Part shown: one piece after another, positions 23,329-36,103 of the stretch
Position numbering within the stretch: the stretch's first letter is position 1
Layout of the letters: the number at the start of each line of letters is the position of its first letter
Source of the DNA: Marsupella aquatica
Lineage: Eukaryota > Plantae > Marchantiophyta
NCBI GenBank assembly: GCA_973895155.1
Contig: OZ316896.1
Coordinates: forward strand, 22,587,722-22,651,721
DNA: 64,000 bases
Direction of reading: 5' to 3'
Program-made: the position numbers and the translations under genes
Notes under the pieces: generated by a model
The model's input: only the letters and a program-made list of their open reading frames with translations
Databases searched by the model: none
What the model was told of the DNA's origin: nothing

Positions 23329-23605
23329 GGGGTTAACTAAGTGTATATTTTGGGGTACCACGTGCGATCCTAGCCTAATATAAATAGACCTATTTTATAA
23401 AGAAAATATTCCAAGAATATTCTCTATTTTCAATATTAATAACCTATTTTACTTTATAAAGGGTATATATTAAAGAATATTCTATAAACATGAGTTTATA
23501 ATACCTTCTTTTGCATCCTACGCTTTTTAAAAATTTAGTTAGAATCTGCCAAAAATACCTATTTTGGATTGCACGTGGTTCCTAAGATTTTTGATAGTCA
23601 ACCCC
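23329..23605. mobile_element. 277-bp MITE with 3-bp TSD (Harbinger/Tourist-like)
   Basis: TIR GGGGTTAACTA/GGGGTTGACTA plus inner inverted ACCACGTGCRATCC. TSD CGA at 23326-23328 and 23606-23608. AT-rich core. Confidence 0.8.
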
Positions 23606-25477
23606 CGAGCTCCGAAAGCTGACATCGAGGTTCCTGACTACACCGAGCTCCCTGACTCTCATGCTCCTGCTCCCGCTCAAGCTCCTGCTCATGCTCCTGC
23701 CACTCGTCATTCTCTCCGTGTGAGACATCCTCCATCTTAGCATAACGACTATGACATGACCAATCGGGCCGATCAGCTTGACACATTCCTTGTGGAATCT
23801 TCTCAACCTGAGTCTGATGATATCAGTGTTACCGAAGCTCTTGCCCATCCCCTATGGCGAGCAACTATGAAGGAAGGATTTGATGCGCTCATCAAGATGG
23901 GTACATGGGATCTGGTTCCACTTCCACTAGGTAAACGTGCTCTATTTGCTAAGTGGGTCCTTCGCTCCAAGCCATGTCTGCATCCAACTCACTTTAGGCT
24001 AAAGGCACGACTTGTTGCTCGTGGTCTCGAACAACGTTATGGCGTTGATTATTCAGAAACTTTTGCTCCCGTTGTAAAATGGTCCACCCTACGGACCATT
24101 ATTGCTCTGGCTGTGGCAAACGGCTGGGACCTACACCATATGGACGTGATCACTGCCTTTCTCAACGGCACCATCACCGAAGAGCTGTATATGCAACAAC
24201 CACATGGTTTTGAGGTTCCTGGGCAAGAACATCTGGTCTGTCGTCTTTGCCACTCCCTTTACGGCCTCAAGCAATCACCCCGTGCCTGGTACGAAGAAAT
24301 AAATTCCTAGATGTGATCGCTTCCGGATGGACTAGGAGCATGGTTGACAGCAACTTATACTTCCTTCATGAAGGCTCATCTATCGTGATTCTCATGCTCT
24401 ACGTGGACAACCTCCTAGTCACTGGTAGCGATTCGGAGAAAATTGCTGAGATCAAATCTCAACTTCACAATCGATACGACATGAAGGACCTAGGTCTTGT
24501 CCAAAAATATCTGGGCATTGAATTCCAACGTACGTCTGTTGGGCTCTTTCTACACCAAACTTCCTACTGCCAACAACTAGTTGCTGAATACGGCATGACT
24601 GGATGCACACCTGAATTTATTCCTCTACTTGAAGGCCATGTTCTCACGTCAGACACAAATACACCTCCTGTGGATGTCTCTGATTACTGTCATACAGTTG
24701 GGAAACTTATATTTCTCACTCACACTCGTCCCGACATTGCCTATGCTGTCGGCATCGTTAGTCGCTACATGACTCGGCCTCAACAAAGTCACTAGGAATC
24801 TGTCAAACACATTCTTTGCTATCTTAGTCACACGACTGACTATGGTATTCATTATCAGATATCTCCCTGCCCTCTTCTTACTGGCTTTACCGATGCTGAT
24901 TTCTTGGGTTGCCCTGAAACTCGTCGTTCCATTGGCGCTTATCTCTTTCAACTCGCTTTGGGCCCAATTTCCTGGTCTAGCAAGCAACAATCTACTGTTT
25001 CAGATAGTACCATTGAAGCAGAGTACAAAGCGCTCTCTGAGGGAGCAAAGGAAGGAGTCTACATTCGTCGTCTACTCTCTGAGCTCAGCTCCGACTCCTC
25101 TCTCCAGGTTCCTCTTACTTTTTCCAACCCGTCTATTCAGCAAGATCTTTCACAAGCAGCTATTCCCTCTCCTCTTGACCTTTACCTACACTGTGATAAT
25201 CAGGGCTCTATAAAACTTGCTCGTAATCCAGTTTGTCACGCCAGGACCAAGCACGTAGAGGGGAAACACCATTTCATTCATGAACGTGTGCTTGAAAGGG
25301 AAATTTCACTTTCTTACATTAATTCTGCTGATAATCCTGCTGACTTGCTCACCAAGCCACTAAGTTGCCTCAAATTTGAGAAACACAGAACCTTTATTGG
25401 AGTCAAATCAATTACATCCGCTCTCGTGAACTGCCAACTAGCCTACTTAAAAATCTATCACTTTCTTATCCCTTCCG

Positions 25478-26143
25478 CTAATGCTCATCTATCTCATACT
25501 CTACTGCTCTACGATGATACCTCATAAACTGCTCCGCCTCTACCAATGTTCTAAATGCCTCGTGACAATTCCCTGAATAACCCGTCACCTACATGCTTGC
25601 ATCTGCCCACGATCCATATATTCCAGGTACTTGACCCACTGCTATTGCATAGTACTTCTTTGGCGCCACTCCTCCAGCAACCCGGCTCCACTCTCGCTCC
25701 TCCTCTCTCTGCTGAACCCTCATCTTACTCGGCCATCTCCTCAGAATCGACGCTGCCGCATGCTGTTGCTCCTTACTATATGGTTTCCATTGCTGGTTGA
25801 CTTCCATCTCCTCCTGTGTGTGCTTCTTCGTTGGAGTCTGCTCGGACTCAGAGGGGGCTACGGTCAGCGCACTCTTCGGCACTTTTGTTGGAGAAATCTG
25901 TGCTTCAGAGGGGGCTTTATCTCCTGCTTCGCTCTTGCCACCTGCCACTTGTTCGACCTCTTCATGACCACAATCGTCTTTCGGCTCCAGTTCTCTCACC
26001 AAGTGCGCCAATAGCTTCACTGTCTTGTGGGCAAATTGGAGCAGCAACCCCACTGCCTCTAACACTGTCCATAACGTTCTTAACACTGCACGACACATCG
26101 CCCGTCCTGTCTCGGTCTTCATTTCTCCTGTCTGGGTCGACAT
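25478..26143 (-). pseudogene. antisense ORF in copia 3' region with an RNase H1 N-terminal hybrid-binding (caulimovirus viroplasmin-like) domain
   Basis: KYYAIAVGQVPGIYGSWADASM*VTGYSGNCHEAFRTLVEAEQFM. One TAG lies where Gln is expected. Confidence 0.8.
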
Positions 26144-26175
26144 CCCTCTCAGACTAAATCTTCCTCGAGAGGGGG

Positions 26176-26634
26176 TGTTGGAACTTTGTAGAAAGTTCCT
26201 ACCATTACGAGGAAGATCGTTCTACCTGCGCCAATCTGATCTTGTCGTGTAGCGCGTATTTACCGGGCTCTCTCTCTGCTGTCGGATTTAGGGTCTCTCT
26301 CTTGGACGTTGATTCCCTTCCTTCCCGGCCGCACCTGCCGCTACTTATTGGTTCATCGTCACAGCACCTTCAGTTCATATCACGGCATGTTCACGTTTTC
26401 AGCACTGTCCTACTGGTTGCTCCTTATTGCTTCCTATTTGCATTTGGTGAATCGTAGTTAGAGCTCCTCTGGGCTCCTCCCACCCATTCTGCACCGCCTT
26501 CTCCCAATATGCGTTCTGAGGGGTGCTCCTCCTTTTTATCTGGGTGTGCTCCTTCCTTCAGCCCCCTTTTGTTAGGTTTATATTTTACTGTCTCCTCCTT
26601 CCAGATGGGTTGTTGTATTTTGGGTTTTCCAATA
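26176..26634 (+). repeat. copia 3' LTR
   Basis: Begins TGTTGGAA immediately after the PPT and ends TTCCAATA (7/8 inverted match). Confidence 0.7.
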
Positions 26635-28324
26635 AAGTTATTTTGGGCATGGCCCATTTATTAAAAAAAAGAAGAAAAAAAAAGATACCATATCATAGCA
26701 GTTAGATAGATTTAGTTCTTGCCTTGGCCCAAATGACACTACGGTCATACAAAATTTTCGATCCCACTTTATCAGTTAGATTATTAGTTTTTGCCTTGGC
26801 CCAAATGACACTGCGGGACTTCACAATTACGTGAGTAGTCTGTAACCGACGTTGCTGGTACTCTAGTGGCCGTCGATCCGGAGCCACGGTGCCCGTCGAT
26901 TGACGCAATCGGGTCCGTCCGAGGCAGAGCGCGGCAGTGAGTGAGTGCGGGAGCAAAAGGAGGATAGGGAAAGATTTTTTTTTTTTGAAGCTGCTGCGCG
27001 TTCGAAAAACTGCGCTTCTCCAGACTCGAGTACAGTACTGCAGAGGTCGTCGATGGCGCGAACGAAGGTTGACGATGGCGGGAAGGGACCGTCGTGGGAG
27101 GCAACGTGCTGCTCGTCATGGAGGCAAATTGAATTCGAAAATTGCTCAAGTAGAGGAGGCAAAGGGAGAAGAGGACGTTCAGAGCGAAGTCGGAAGCTCA
27201 GCTTGTTTGTGACGCGAGCGGGAGAGCTGAGGAGGCGGGTGGCGGAGGGAATGTGGAGCTCAGCTGCTGCAGCTCTTGTTGGAGATACAATCGGTCTCGA
27301 TTGCGGCCGTGCGTGTGAGCTTTGACTGACGGAGCTCTCTATGCGAAGGTACGATGAGGCAGATGTAGCGGATTGAGTGTGTGGATTGATTTGGACACTG
27401 GGGTCTTCGTTTTCTAGGGGTTGTAGATTGTAGCTGGCTTGGAGCTGCTTTTGGAGATGCTAGCAGACACCGTTGTGTCTGTGCATATCAATTTTAACAG
27501 AACGTTTTCGTCAAGGTACGAGGATGCAGAGGTCGTGGATTGAGTGTTTTGATAGATTGTACACGGGTCAGGATTCTGGTCTTCGTTTTCTAGGGGTTTT
27601 GGATCCAAGGACGGCAGCTGAGATGTTGAGAAGAAAGTGGCGGCAATTAGTAACTGAGTCCATTTCGATGAGTGCGCAAAGGCTGAATACGCCCGTTTTT
27701 TCATGTCTCACTGCTCAGCTTTGCCAGCTCTGCTCATTAGCCTGTCCCTCATAGGCCCTTCCCCAAAGCTCTTGTCAACTACGAGTATTTCCCCTCCGCC
27801 CACACTGGCTGATCTAGGCCATTTAAATGACTGCTTTTTGGTGTTTTCCTTTTTCTATGTTAGTTTCCTCTCGAATCGCGCTGTTACTCGATGGATTGTA
27901 GTCTAAAGAAACCAATTCTTCGCCCTGTTGCTGGAAGTATGGTAGTACGAACCGACTCCCTTGGCTCGAAGGACTTAGTTACCTCAAACCTCACTTCTAG
28001 GAGCCTGTCACACTCCGCGGGGTTTCCTACGCTACTTTCCTGGTAAAACATGTTGGAAGTATGTCTGGAACGAAATGTACCCGCTAGGAAACTTCAGGTG
28101 GCTGTCAAAGTTTTCGGTTTTGGGTTTAAGCACAAAGCACATCTAAGTTTCAGCACACTCGTAATACAACTGGTGACAATGTAGAAGGCGTACTTTGCAG
28201 CGAGCTTGAAATAGCTGTCCGAACTTGCCTAACAGTTTGCTGTGCTCTTCAACAGCTTCTCTAAAGTTCAACAATTGCTTCCGTTTGAACTTTTGGAATC
28301 TATACACTTGGGAGTCTGACCACG

Positions 28325-31300
28325 ATGTCGACAATGTACGTCATCAAGAGAGATGGCAGAAAGGAGGCTGTGCACTTCGATAAAATAACAGCCAGGCTGA
28401 GGAAGCTGAGCTATGGATTGAACCCAGAGCACTGTGATGTTGTGGTCGTGGCCCAAAAAGTCTGCGTTGGAGTGTACAAAGGTGTCACAACGAGCCAGCT
28501 CGATGAGTTGGCTGCTGAGACTGCAGCAGCTATGACCGCAAGCCACCCTGACTATGCCCTGGTTCGTCCTCTGCCTCCGTCAAGCTTCAAGATAGAGTTG
28601 TAAACACTCAATTATGTAATTGAAATGCTGATGATGAACTGCCGGTACTTGCTTGCTTCTCTTGTAGTGGACTAGTCCTCGTGCACTAATTCTATTATCT
28701 ATTTGGTATGTCTCAGCTGGCAGCTCGAATCGCAGTCTCTAACCTTCACAAAAATACCAAGAAGTCGTTCTCCGAAACGTGAGTTTATTTCCGTGGCTTG
28801 CTGTAGCACAACTCCTGTGCAACGTACCTCCTCGAAAGTGACCTTTCCTAGTTTGAAGCCTAGATGGTCTCAGCAACAATTGATTAGTAGAGCATGAGCT
28901 TGACAGGCGTTACCGAAATTGTCTGACGTTACTTCCTTTGTTCACTATGTTGGTCAATAATTCTTCCGTGTCTAAATCTATGAATCAGCGTGAAGGACAT
29001 GTACGCTCATGTCAATGAGAGGTCAGGTCTAAAGGCACCCCTCATCGCTGACGACGTCTACGAAATCATCATGAAGGTCAGCTACTTACAACTTCACATG
29101 TTAGCAAATTTCTTTCTCGGTTCGCACCGTTCTCGCTTTAACTTCTAACGGAGATAGAGCGCACTTGTGTGTCCCACATGCATGGCCCGTAATTCAGTAT
29201 CTTCCCTTCTTGAGAGGGTGTTGGACACCTCCCGCCCTCCCCTGTGTCCCGGGCTGCATCTGGGACTGGTGGACTTCGCATTCTTTCTTTACTTCGATCC
29301 AATTACTTTTGCATGCCTCTGTTTCTTTCTAAGATTGGACTGGATTTATATTTCTTGTTCGTAGTCGGTGGATTGGTGATGTCTCATGCTCTTCTGGTTT
29401 CTCATTTGGGGGCTTGTTTTGCTCTTCCAGAACGCTGAGAGGCTCGACAGTGAGATCATTTACGATCGAGATTTTGAGTACGACTACTTCGGCTTTAAAA
29501 CACTGGAGAGGTCGTACTTGTTGAAAGTGAATGGAATGGTCGTGGAAAGACCTCAACAAATGCTGATGAGGGTGTCTGTTGGCATTCATAAGACGGACAT
29601 CGACGCGGCTCTCAAAACGTACCACATGATGTCTCAGCGCTGGTTTACCCATGCATCTCCCACTTTGTTCAACGGAGGGACTCCTCGGCCTCAGGTATTG
29701 TGAATTTAACATCCGTGCGCTGAATTTGATGTGCTGAAATTCAATGCGGAATTAGTGATGCCATATGAGACCTTCCCAGCGACTTCTTCATTGTCATGTA
29801 TTCGTTTTCGTATATGCCTTCTGTGAACAGTCCGCGAGGTGGGATTGCTTCTTTACTGACGTAGTTTATATTGTCTTTCGTTCCTCTCCAGCTGAGCAGC
29901 TGCTTTTTACTATGCATGAAAGATGACAGCATCGAAGGAATTTACGACACACTCAAGGAGTGTGCAGTTGTGAGCAAGTCGGCTGGAGGTATTGGATTGT
30001 CGATTCATAACATCCGTGCAACGGGAAGCTATATCAGAGGGACGAATGGAACTTCAAATGGAATTGTTCCAATGCTTCGGGTTTTTAATGATACGGCCCG
30101 CTATGTTGACCAGGGCGGCGGTAAAAGGAAAGGTAATATTCTCTACGTCGAGTTTCCGGATTCTCCTGGTCAGTCTCCTTTAGACGGGTTTCCTTGGAGA
30201 TTTTGAAGACTCTGTTTGAATAAACCTCCTTCACAGTAGAAATGACCATTCTTGCTCCTTATTGTTTACGGTCTTGTCTCTCCTCTACTAGACGCGATGG
30301 CGTTCTTTTGCCCATGACATTCTCTTCGGGAAGAGAGTTTCAAATGAAAATGTATCGTATTAAGATTGTTTTAAGGCCGAAACAATGGAATGTACAAAGG
30401 TCAATTCCATTTAGCTGTGATTGTCATTATGATCGTGATTATACCGAACAGCTTTGTTCTCAATATCAATACCTTGATGACTGTCTATTCCTCCATAATG
30501 GGCCCGCAGGTGCTTTTGCCATATATCTCGAGCCATGGCACGCTGACGTCTTCGACTGGCTGGATCTCCGAAAGAACCAAGGAAAGGTAATACCAACGTC
30601 GAAGCGGGCTCCTGTTTCAATTTTCGCTACGTGCTAGAATTTGATGATTTTGATCTTCTGTGTGAATTGCCTTCTCACTTGTTGTACCTACTGTGCTCGT
30701 TGCCAGGAAGATTCGCGTTGCCGAGACTTATTCTACGGATTGTGGGTACCTGACCTCTTCATGAAAAGGGTTCAAGAGGACGGAATGTGGTCCTTGTTTT
30801 GTCCCAATGAGGCACCTGGTCTCGCAGACTGCTGGGGAGAGGAATTCGAGACTCTCTACGCCAAGTACGAGGCTCAGGTGAGAATCAACCTCCGTAATTG
30901 GATTTATATCTCGATATTGTTTACAAAACTGTACTCATGGAGAGGCCCGTGGTATGATTCTCAGCTTGTTGCTTTTGGTGACAGGGCAAAGCAAGAAAGA
31001 TAATTCAGGCTCAGAAGCTTTGGTTCGCGATCTTGGAAGCTCAAGTGGAGACCGGCAATCCGTACATGTTATTCAAGGTATGTGGTCAAATTTAAGTGAA
31101 CATAGACAATTCTGTTCTATGTCGAGCCTTCAGCGACTGAAATTCAAGAGGCTAAAATTCTGTTCCTGCAATGGTGTAGGATGCTTGCAATCGGAAGAGT
31201 AACCAGCAAAACCTTGGGACCATCAAGTCTTCGAATCTCTGCACAGAGATCATTGAGTACACTGCTCCTGATGAGATGGCAGTGTGCAACCTTGCATCCA

Positions 31301-33550
31301 TCGCTCTCCCCCGTTTTGTCCGAGAGAAGGTAGGAAGACGGAATCTCGCAGAATCCTAGACGCCGTTTTGATTATTATTGGTTGCCGTTTGAGCCGGAGT
31401 CGGGGTATAGAACGGTCACGTCTACTTCTTAGCTAGTTGTCTGCCATGTGAGATTCATCGAGGCCGTTTGCACTGACACGTTGGTTGGAATTAAATCTAC
31501 TCAGAATGTTCCCATCGAGAGCCATCCTTCCAAGCTTGTCGGAAGCCGGGGGGCAAGTAATCGCTACTTTGATTTTGAGAAGCTTGGAGAGGTAATAAAT
31601 CTCACGTCCCTGAGCACTGCAATCCAAAGTTTTTTGTGGTCAGAATATTTCGCTTTTCAGGAAGTTGATTGAATTCACGAGTGCCTTCCGCTGTTCTGAT
31701 GTCAGCTTCGTGTTGAATGTGTAATTCAGATCACGGCATTAGTGACGAAGAACTTGAACAAAATCATAGACATGAACTACTACCCAGTTGAGTCGGCTAA
31801 GAGATCGAACATGCGGCACCGGCCCATTGGCATTGGCGTCCAAGGTTTGGCGGATGTATTCATTCTGCTCGGCATGCCTTTCGAATCCGAAGAGGTGTGT
31901 AAGCTCAAGCTCGAGCATCCAGTCGTTCGTATCAAGACAACTTATTGTGCAAATGGATTAATGAGGATTAGAAAAATCCCATTTTGTTTATTAATGGTGT
32001 AATACATGTGTGCACAGGGTCGAGCTCTGAACAGGGACCTTTTTGAAACCATCTACTTCCATTCCCTGAAGACTTCATGCGAGCTGGCTGCGAAGGAGGG
32101 CACATACGAGACCTATTCTGGCAGTCCTGTCAGCCAGGTAAGTCACAACTCAAGCGAGCAAGCTGAGTAGGCCTTCCCTTCGAAGTCTCACAACCCGAGC
32201 TAGAACCGCTTTAAATACTTATCGTCACTTGAATCTTCCTGACCTAGATGCTTCAATCTTTCAGGGTATCTTGCAGCCAGACATGTGGGGTGTGACGCCC
32301 TCGGATAAGTGGGATTGGTCCGGCCTTCGTTCTGCAATAAGAGAGAAGGGGGTTAGGAACTCTCTGCTAGTTGCACCCATGCCGACAGCTTCAACCAGCC
32401 AGATTCTAGGAAACAACGAGTGCTTCGAACCATATACATCAAATATCTACAACCGACGAGTCCTGAGGTATGATGTGCTAATGTTGGTTCGCGGAAGGGA
32501 CGATCTATTTGTCCAGCTAAAGGAACTTTAATGAGAGATCTCCAGTGTTATTATTTTCATTTCCATTTCGCTCACCTCAGAATTCCCATGGCAGAAAGCC
32601 TTGCACTTCTGTTTTGGGATTATATTCTGTTTAGCAGGATAGATTTTGCCCCATACTAGTCCGGGAATTGAAATTCTTCACTTTCGTTGTCTGTTGGCAG
32701 CGGAGAGTTCATGGTAGTCAACAAACACTTGCTGAACGATTTGACGGACATGGGTCTCTGGAATCCAGAGCTCAAAAATAAGCTCATCCACTACAGTGGT
32801 TCAGTTCAAAAGATGAACGAGCTTCCCTCCAATCTCAAGGCCATTTACAAGTAAGTTTCGATGTGGTACACTGTTTTCAACATTGCGTTTGCAGTGTTAG
32901 TAAACTGACAGTGAGATATTCTGCTGACTCTGGTCAATATTATTTTGCAGAACTGTTTGGGAAATAAAGCAAAGGTCGCTGGTGGACATGGCAGCAGACA
33001 GAGGAGCTTACATAGATCAAAGTCAAAGCTTGAACATTCATATGGATTCTCCGAACTTTGCCAAGCTAACTTCCCTTCACTTCTATACTTGGACCAAGGC
33101 AAGCATTTTTCCGCAGCCAGATTACAGATGTTTTGGACAAGCTTTGGATGGTGGTCCTGGCCGATTATTGCATCGGATCCTTTTTGATTGCGGTTAAATC
33201 ATTAAAGCACCAACTGACTTGTTCGCTCTGGTTTGTTTCGCCTTGTGTAGGGTTTGAAAACGGGGATGTATTACCTGAGATCAAGAGCTGCAGTAGACGC
33301 AATCAAGTTCACCGTGGATGCTAAAGTATATAAATAACCTCATTTCATAGCTTTGGGCGTCACATTCTTAGACGTATCTGTTGTCTTCTTGCTGCATGCC
33401 AGTCGAGAAGTGCCATGATTTTAACTGTATGTACCCTGTTTACAGGTGGTTCAGGAATCTCCCACCGAAATCAAGGACGCTGATGCAAAGCTTGCGCAGA
33501 TGGTCTGCTCATTAGAGAACAAGGAAGAATGTATGTCATGTGGGAGTTAA
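28325..33550 (+). CDS. RNR1: ribonucleoside-diphosphate reductase large subunit (multi-exon)
   Basis: Motifs [64 protein letters not shown] and [10 protein letters not shown], ending EECMSCGS*. Exons are bounded by GT/GC-AG. Start may be ATG 28334. Confidence 0.97.
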
Positions 33551-33919
33551 GAATTGGGCCACCAACATCTAAGTCGCAATCAAGTGTGGCTGCTTTGCTC
33601 AATAGTTACACAAATCCTCCCATTATTAGACAGACTCGACGGGAATATATGGGAGCGAAGTGAATTAGCTTATAGTAAGCATACCTCATCTCAACTGATA
33701 TGGTATGGTGTAGTGGATCAATTTAGTAAGTAGAGTGTCAGCTGAGCAGTCTGTACTGTGGATGATTAAGGAAAGTATCACGGCTGATTCGTTGTAAAAT
33801 TAGTTGCATCTGATCTACAGTGAGTAGCAAGTGTCACATGAGTGGAAATAGAACTTGCAAAATGTATTAAATTCGCCTTCAAAAAATCAGAAACAATTTC
33901 ATCGATAAATTAATCAATG

Positions 33920-35859
33920 CTATTTACTTTTCAAGCAAAGTTGGTACACGTCGACATCTAGGCATTGGTACAAATCGTCCAGATCGGAATCTGTTACTCT
34001 CTTCATAACAAATTGTGGTGCAGCTTTAGCAACGAACATTTCCTCCGCTTGTCGATTCCTACCGTATGCCAACAGAATTGTAGTACGGGGCCCTGAAAAA
34101 TACTTGATGGTTTGAATTAGAGCGCTGAGAGCTTCTACAATATACATGACATCAGTGGCGATGATAATATCATAAGGAGCTTCCAGATGACCTGGCTGGG
34201 AACCCCAAACCAGAGATTCAACACGCACAATGTGTGCAACATGATTTTCCGCAGCATTTGCACACAGCAAAGGAAGATTATCAGGTAGATCCGTGAGGAC
34301 CACCATTTTCGCAGCAAGTCGAGCAGCTACTATACCTGCAAAATCAGATTGCGTCCCATGAGCCGCTTCATTTTAACAAACGAAGACTGGTAGCTATCGC
34401 TATGTTTTCAGTGAACTCGAAGGCGTCATTGAATTGTGGCCCTAAAATATCTAGCTACAGATTCATTGACACGCAGTAACCTCAATATTAGATTCCAGCA
34501 CCAGGGTCTGATGAGAGACTCAGCTACAACTATCACCTTTCTACGCAACAACCAAACGGTGCACCAGTACATTTAACTACATCGGGAATTGAAGAAAATG
34601 TAGATGGGTATCGTGTGAGACAATTTTTGCCTGAGTGGATTTCACTGGAGAGAACTCACCAGGTAGACCGCAACCCGCTCCAAGTTCCAAGCACCGTTTG
34701 CCAGCCACAAGGGCAGGCCATTTCTCAATATACTTCGACAGGACTATGGAACTATCCCAGACTGCAACATCGAGGAATTTCAATGAGGGCTAAAACTTGT
34801 TTCGAACACCCAAAGACAATGTGAATCTTTGCACGATTATGTATGAAACAGATCAACGGACGTTATTGCGAATCAATGACTTGCTTGGCGTCCACGATAT
34901 TTTCCTTCTCCGAAACAGAACACAGCGAATAGTTCATACCTGTTGATGCGAACCCTGTAGTTTTGAATGGCCGTTGGTTTATGGTCAATATGCTCTCTTT
35001 TCCACCTATGACCAGCTTGTGCTTATATGGAAGCTCAAATCGATCTGTCTGGCCTGCAAAATAGATCGTCATGCGACTCTCTCCATAAAGAGTACAGGAT
35101 GTTTTTTGGAATATCCACTTATAATCATGTGTTCTTCTGTGAAGTGAAGATAACTGGCAAGGAATATAGAGCGTTCCAGAAATGGTAGGCATAAAGATTT
35201 GTAACGCAAGTAATATATGCTTGGACTTATTTCATTACACTCACCTGATGGACCCTAACCCAAAACAATGAAAATTTCCTGTCTGTCTTGTTAATAGCGA
35301 GCAATTTGATAAGAAACCGCTGCCAAGTGTTCTTCAACAACGGTTTCCTTCCGGCAATACTCACGATCAGGTGCAAAGATGGGATTGGGGTTCCACAACA
35401 CTAAAGTTGTGGTCCTCGATTTATCTTTCTCTTTCCCTTTAGGTGCTACTCAAGTCTTGTTCTGCTGGAATGTCAATCAGAGAGTCTGTGTGGTTTTGCC
35501 AATAGCAGCAATAACAGGAGTGAAGTCTTGAATATTTTTAGGGCTACTAAAGCTCCGAAACTTAGGTTCCGCATTTTCATGACTACTCTCTCATTTGCAA
35601 ATCTCGAAACTCTCAGAAAGCGGTATTTTCATACCTGGGACGACAGAAACAGAGAGATAATCAGCAAGAAGAGAAGAGAAGAGAAGAGAAGAGAAGAGAA
35701 GAGAAGAAGAGAAGAGAAGAGAAGCGAAGCCGACCGATGCTCACGTTTCCAAGCCCAGGATTTCAAGAATGAGTTGCCACTGCCTCTGAGCCGCTGAGCT
35801 GCTGGCACCACCATCTGCTTAGACTCATCTTCAGCTTGTTGGGCTTCATTATGCCCCAT
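33920..35859 (-). CDS. METTL21/Methyltransf_16-family protein-lysine methyltransferase (multi-exon)
   Basis: Motifs VWDSSIVLSKY, CLELGAGCGLPG, VVLTDL, LVWG and YDIIIATDVMY. First exon and start codon are inferred. Confidence 0.85.
35667..35723. repeat. (GAAGA)n microsatellite
   Basis: About 11 AGAAG units. Confidence 0.9.
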
Positions 35860-35987
35860 CCTTCGGATCTCCACTTCATGCGCCAGTCGAGACGTTCCTG
35901 ACCCAAAAAGCTTGTTCCTGCTCTGCATCAATCCAGAATTTGCAACTGCTAAACTTCAGCCCAGCTCCTCATGTTTCTGTACGATAA

Positions 35988-36103
35988 TTGCAAGGAAGAA
36001 CCAAAGGCTCATATGCATACGAATTGAATTTCTGTAGTAGAAACTTGCAAGGAAGAACCAAAGGCTCATAGGCATACGAATTGAATTTCTGTAGTAGAAG
36101 CTT
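35988..36103. repeat. 2 x ~57-bp tandem duplication
   Basis: TTGCAAGGAAGAACCAAAGGCTCATA..GAATTTCTGTAGTAGAA occurs twice. Confidence 0.85.

Larger units (their letters stand above)
22606..26634 (+). mobile_element. Ty1/copia retrotransposon, 5'-truncated and decayed
   Basis: Integrase SDRGGEY..TPHQNGVA, then RT (KARLVARG..DYSETFAPV..MDVITAFLNG..SLYGLKQSPRAWY..LYVDNLL), then RNase H (EAEY..CDNQG..RTKHV..NPADLLTKPL). PPT GAGAGGGGG at 26167-26175. Confidence 0.93.

Noticed and set aside
26850-27350. E2F sites upstream of RNR1
   Set aside because: GCGCGAAC and GCGGGAAG are only near-matches to the consensus, and the TSS is unknown.
29200-29360. PPT+TGTTGG-like LTR remnant in an RNR1 intron
   Set aside because: The match to the copia PPT/LTR junction is only about 20 bp, with no LTR end or TSD found.
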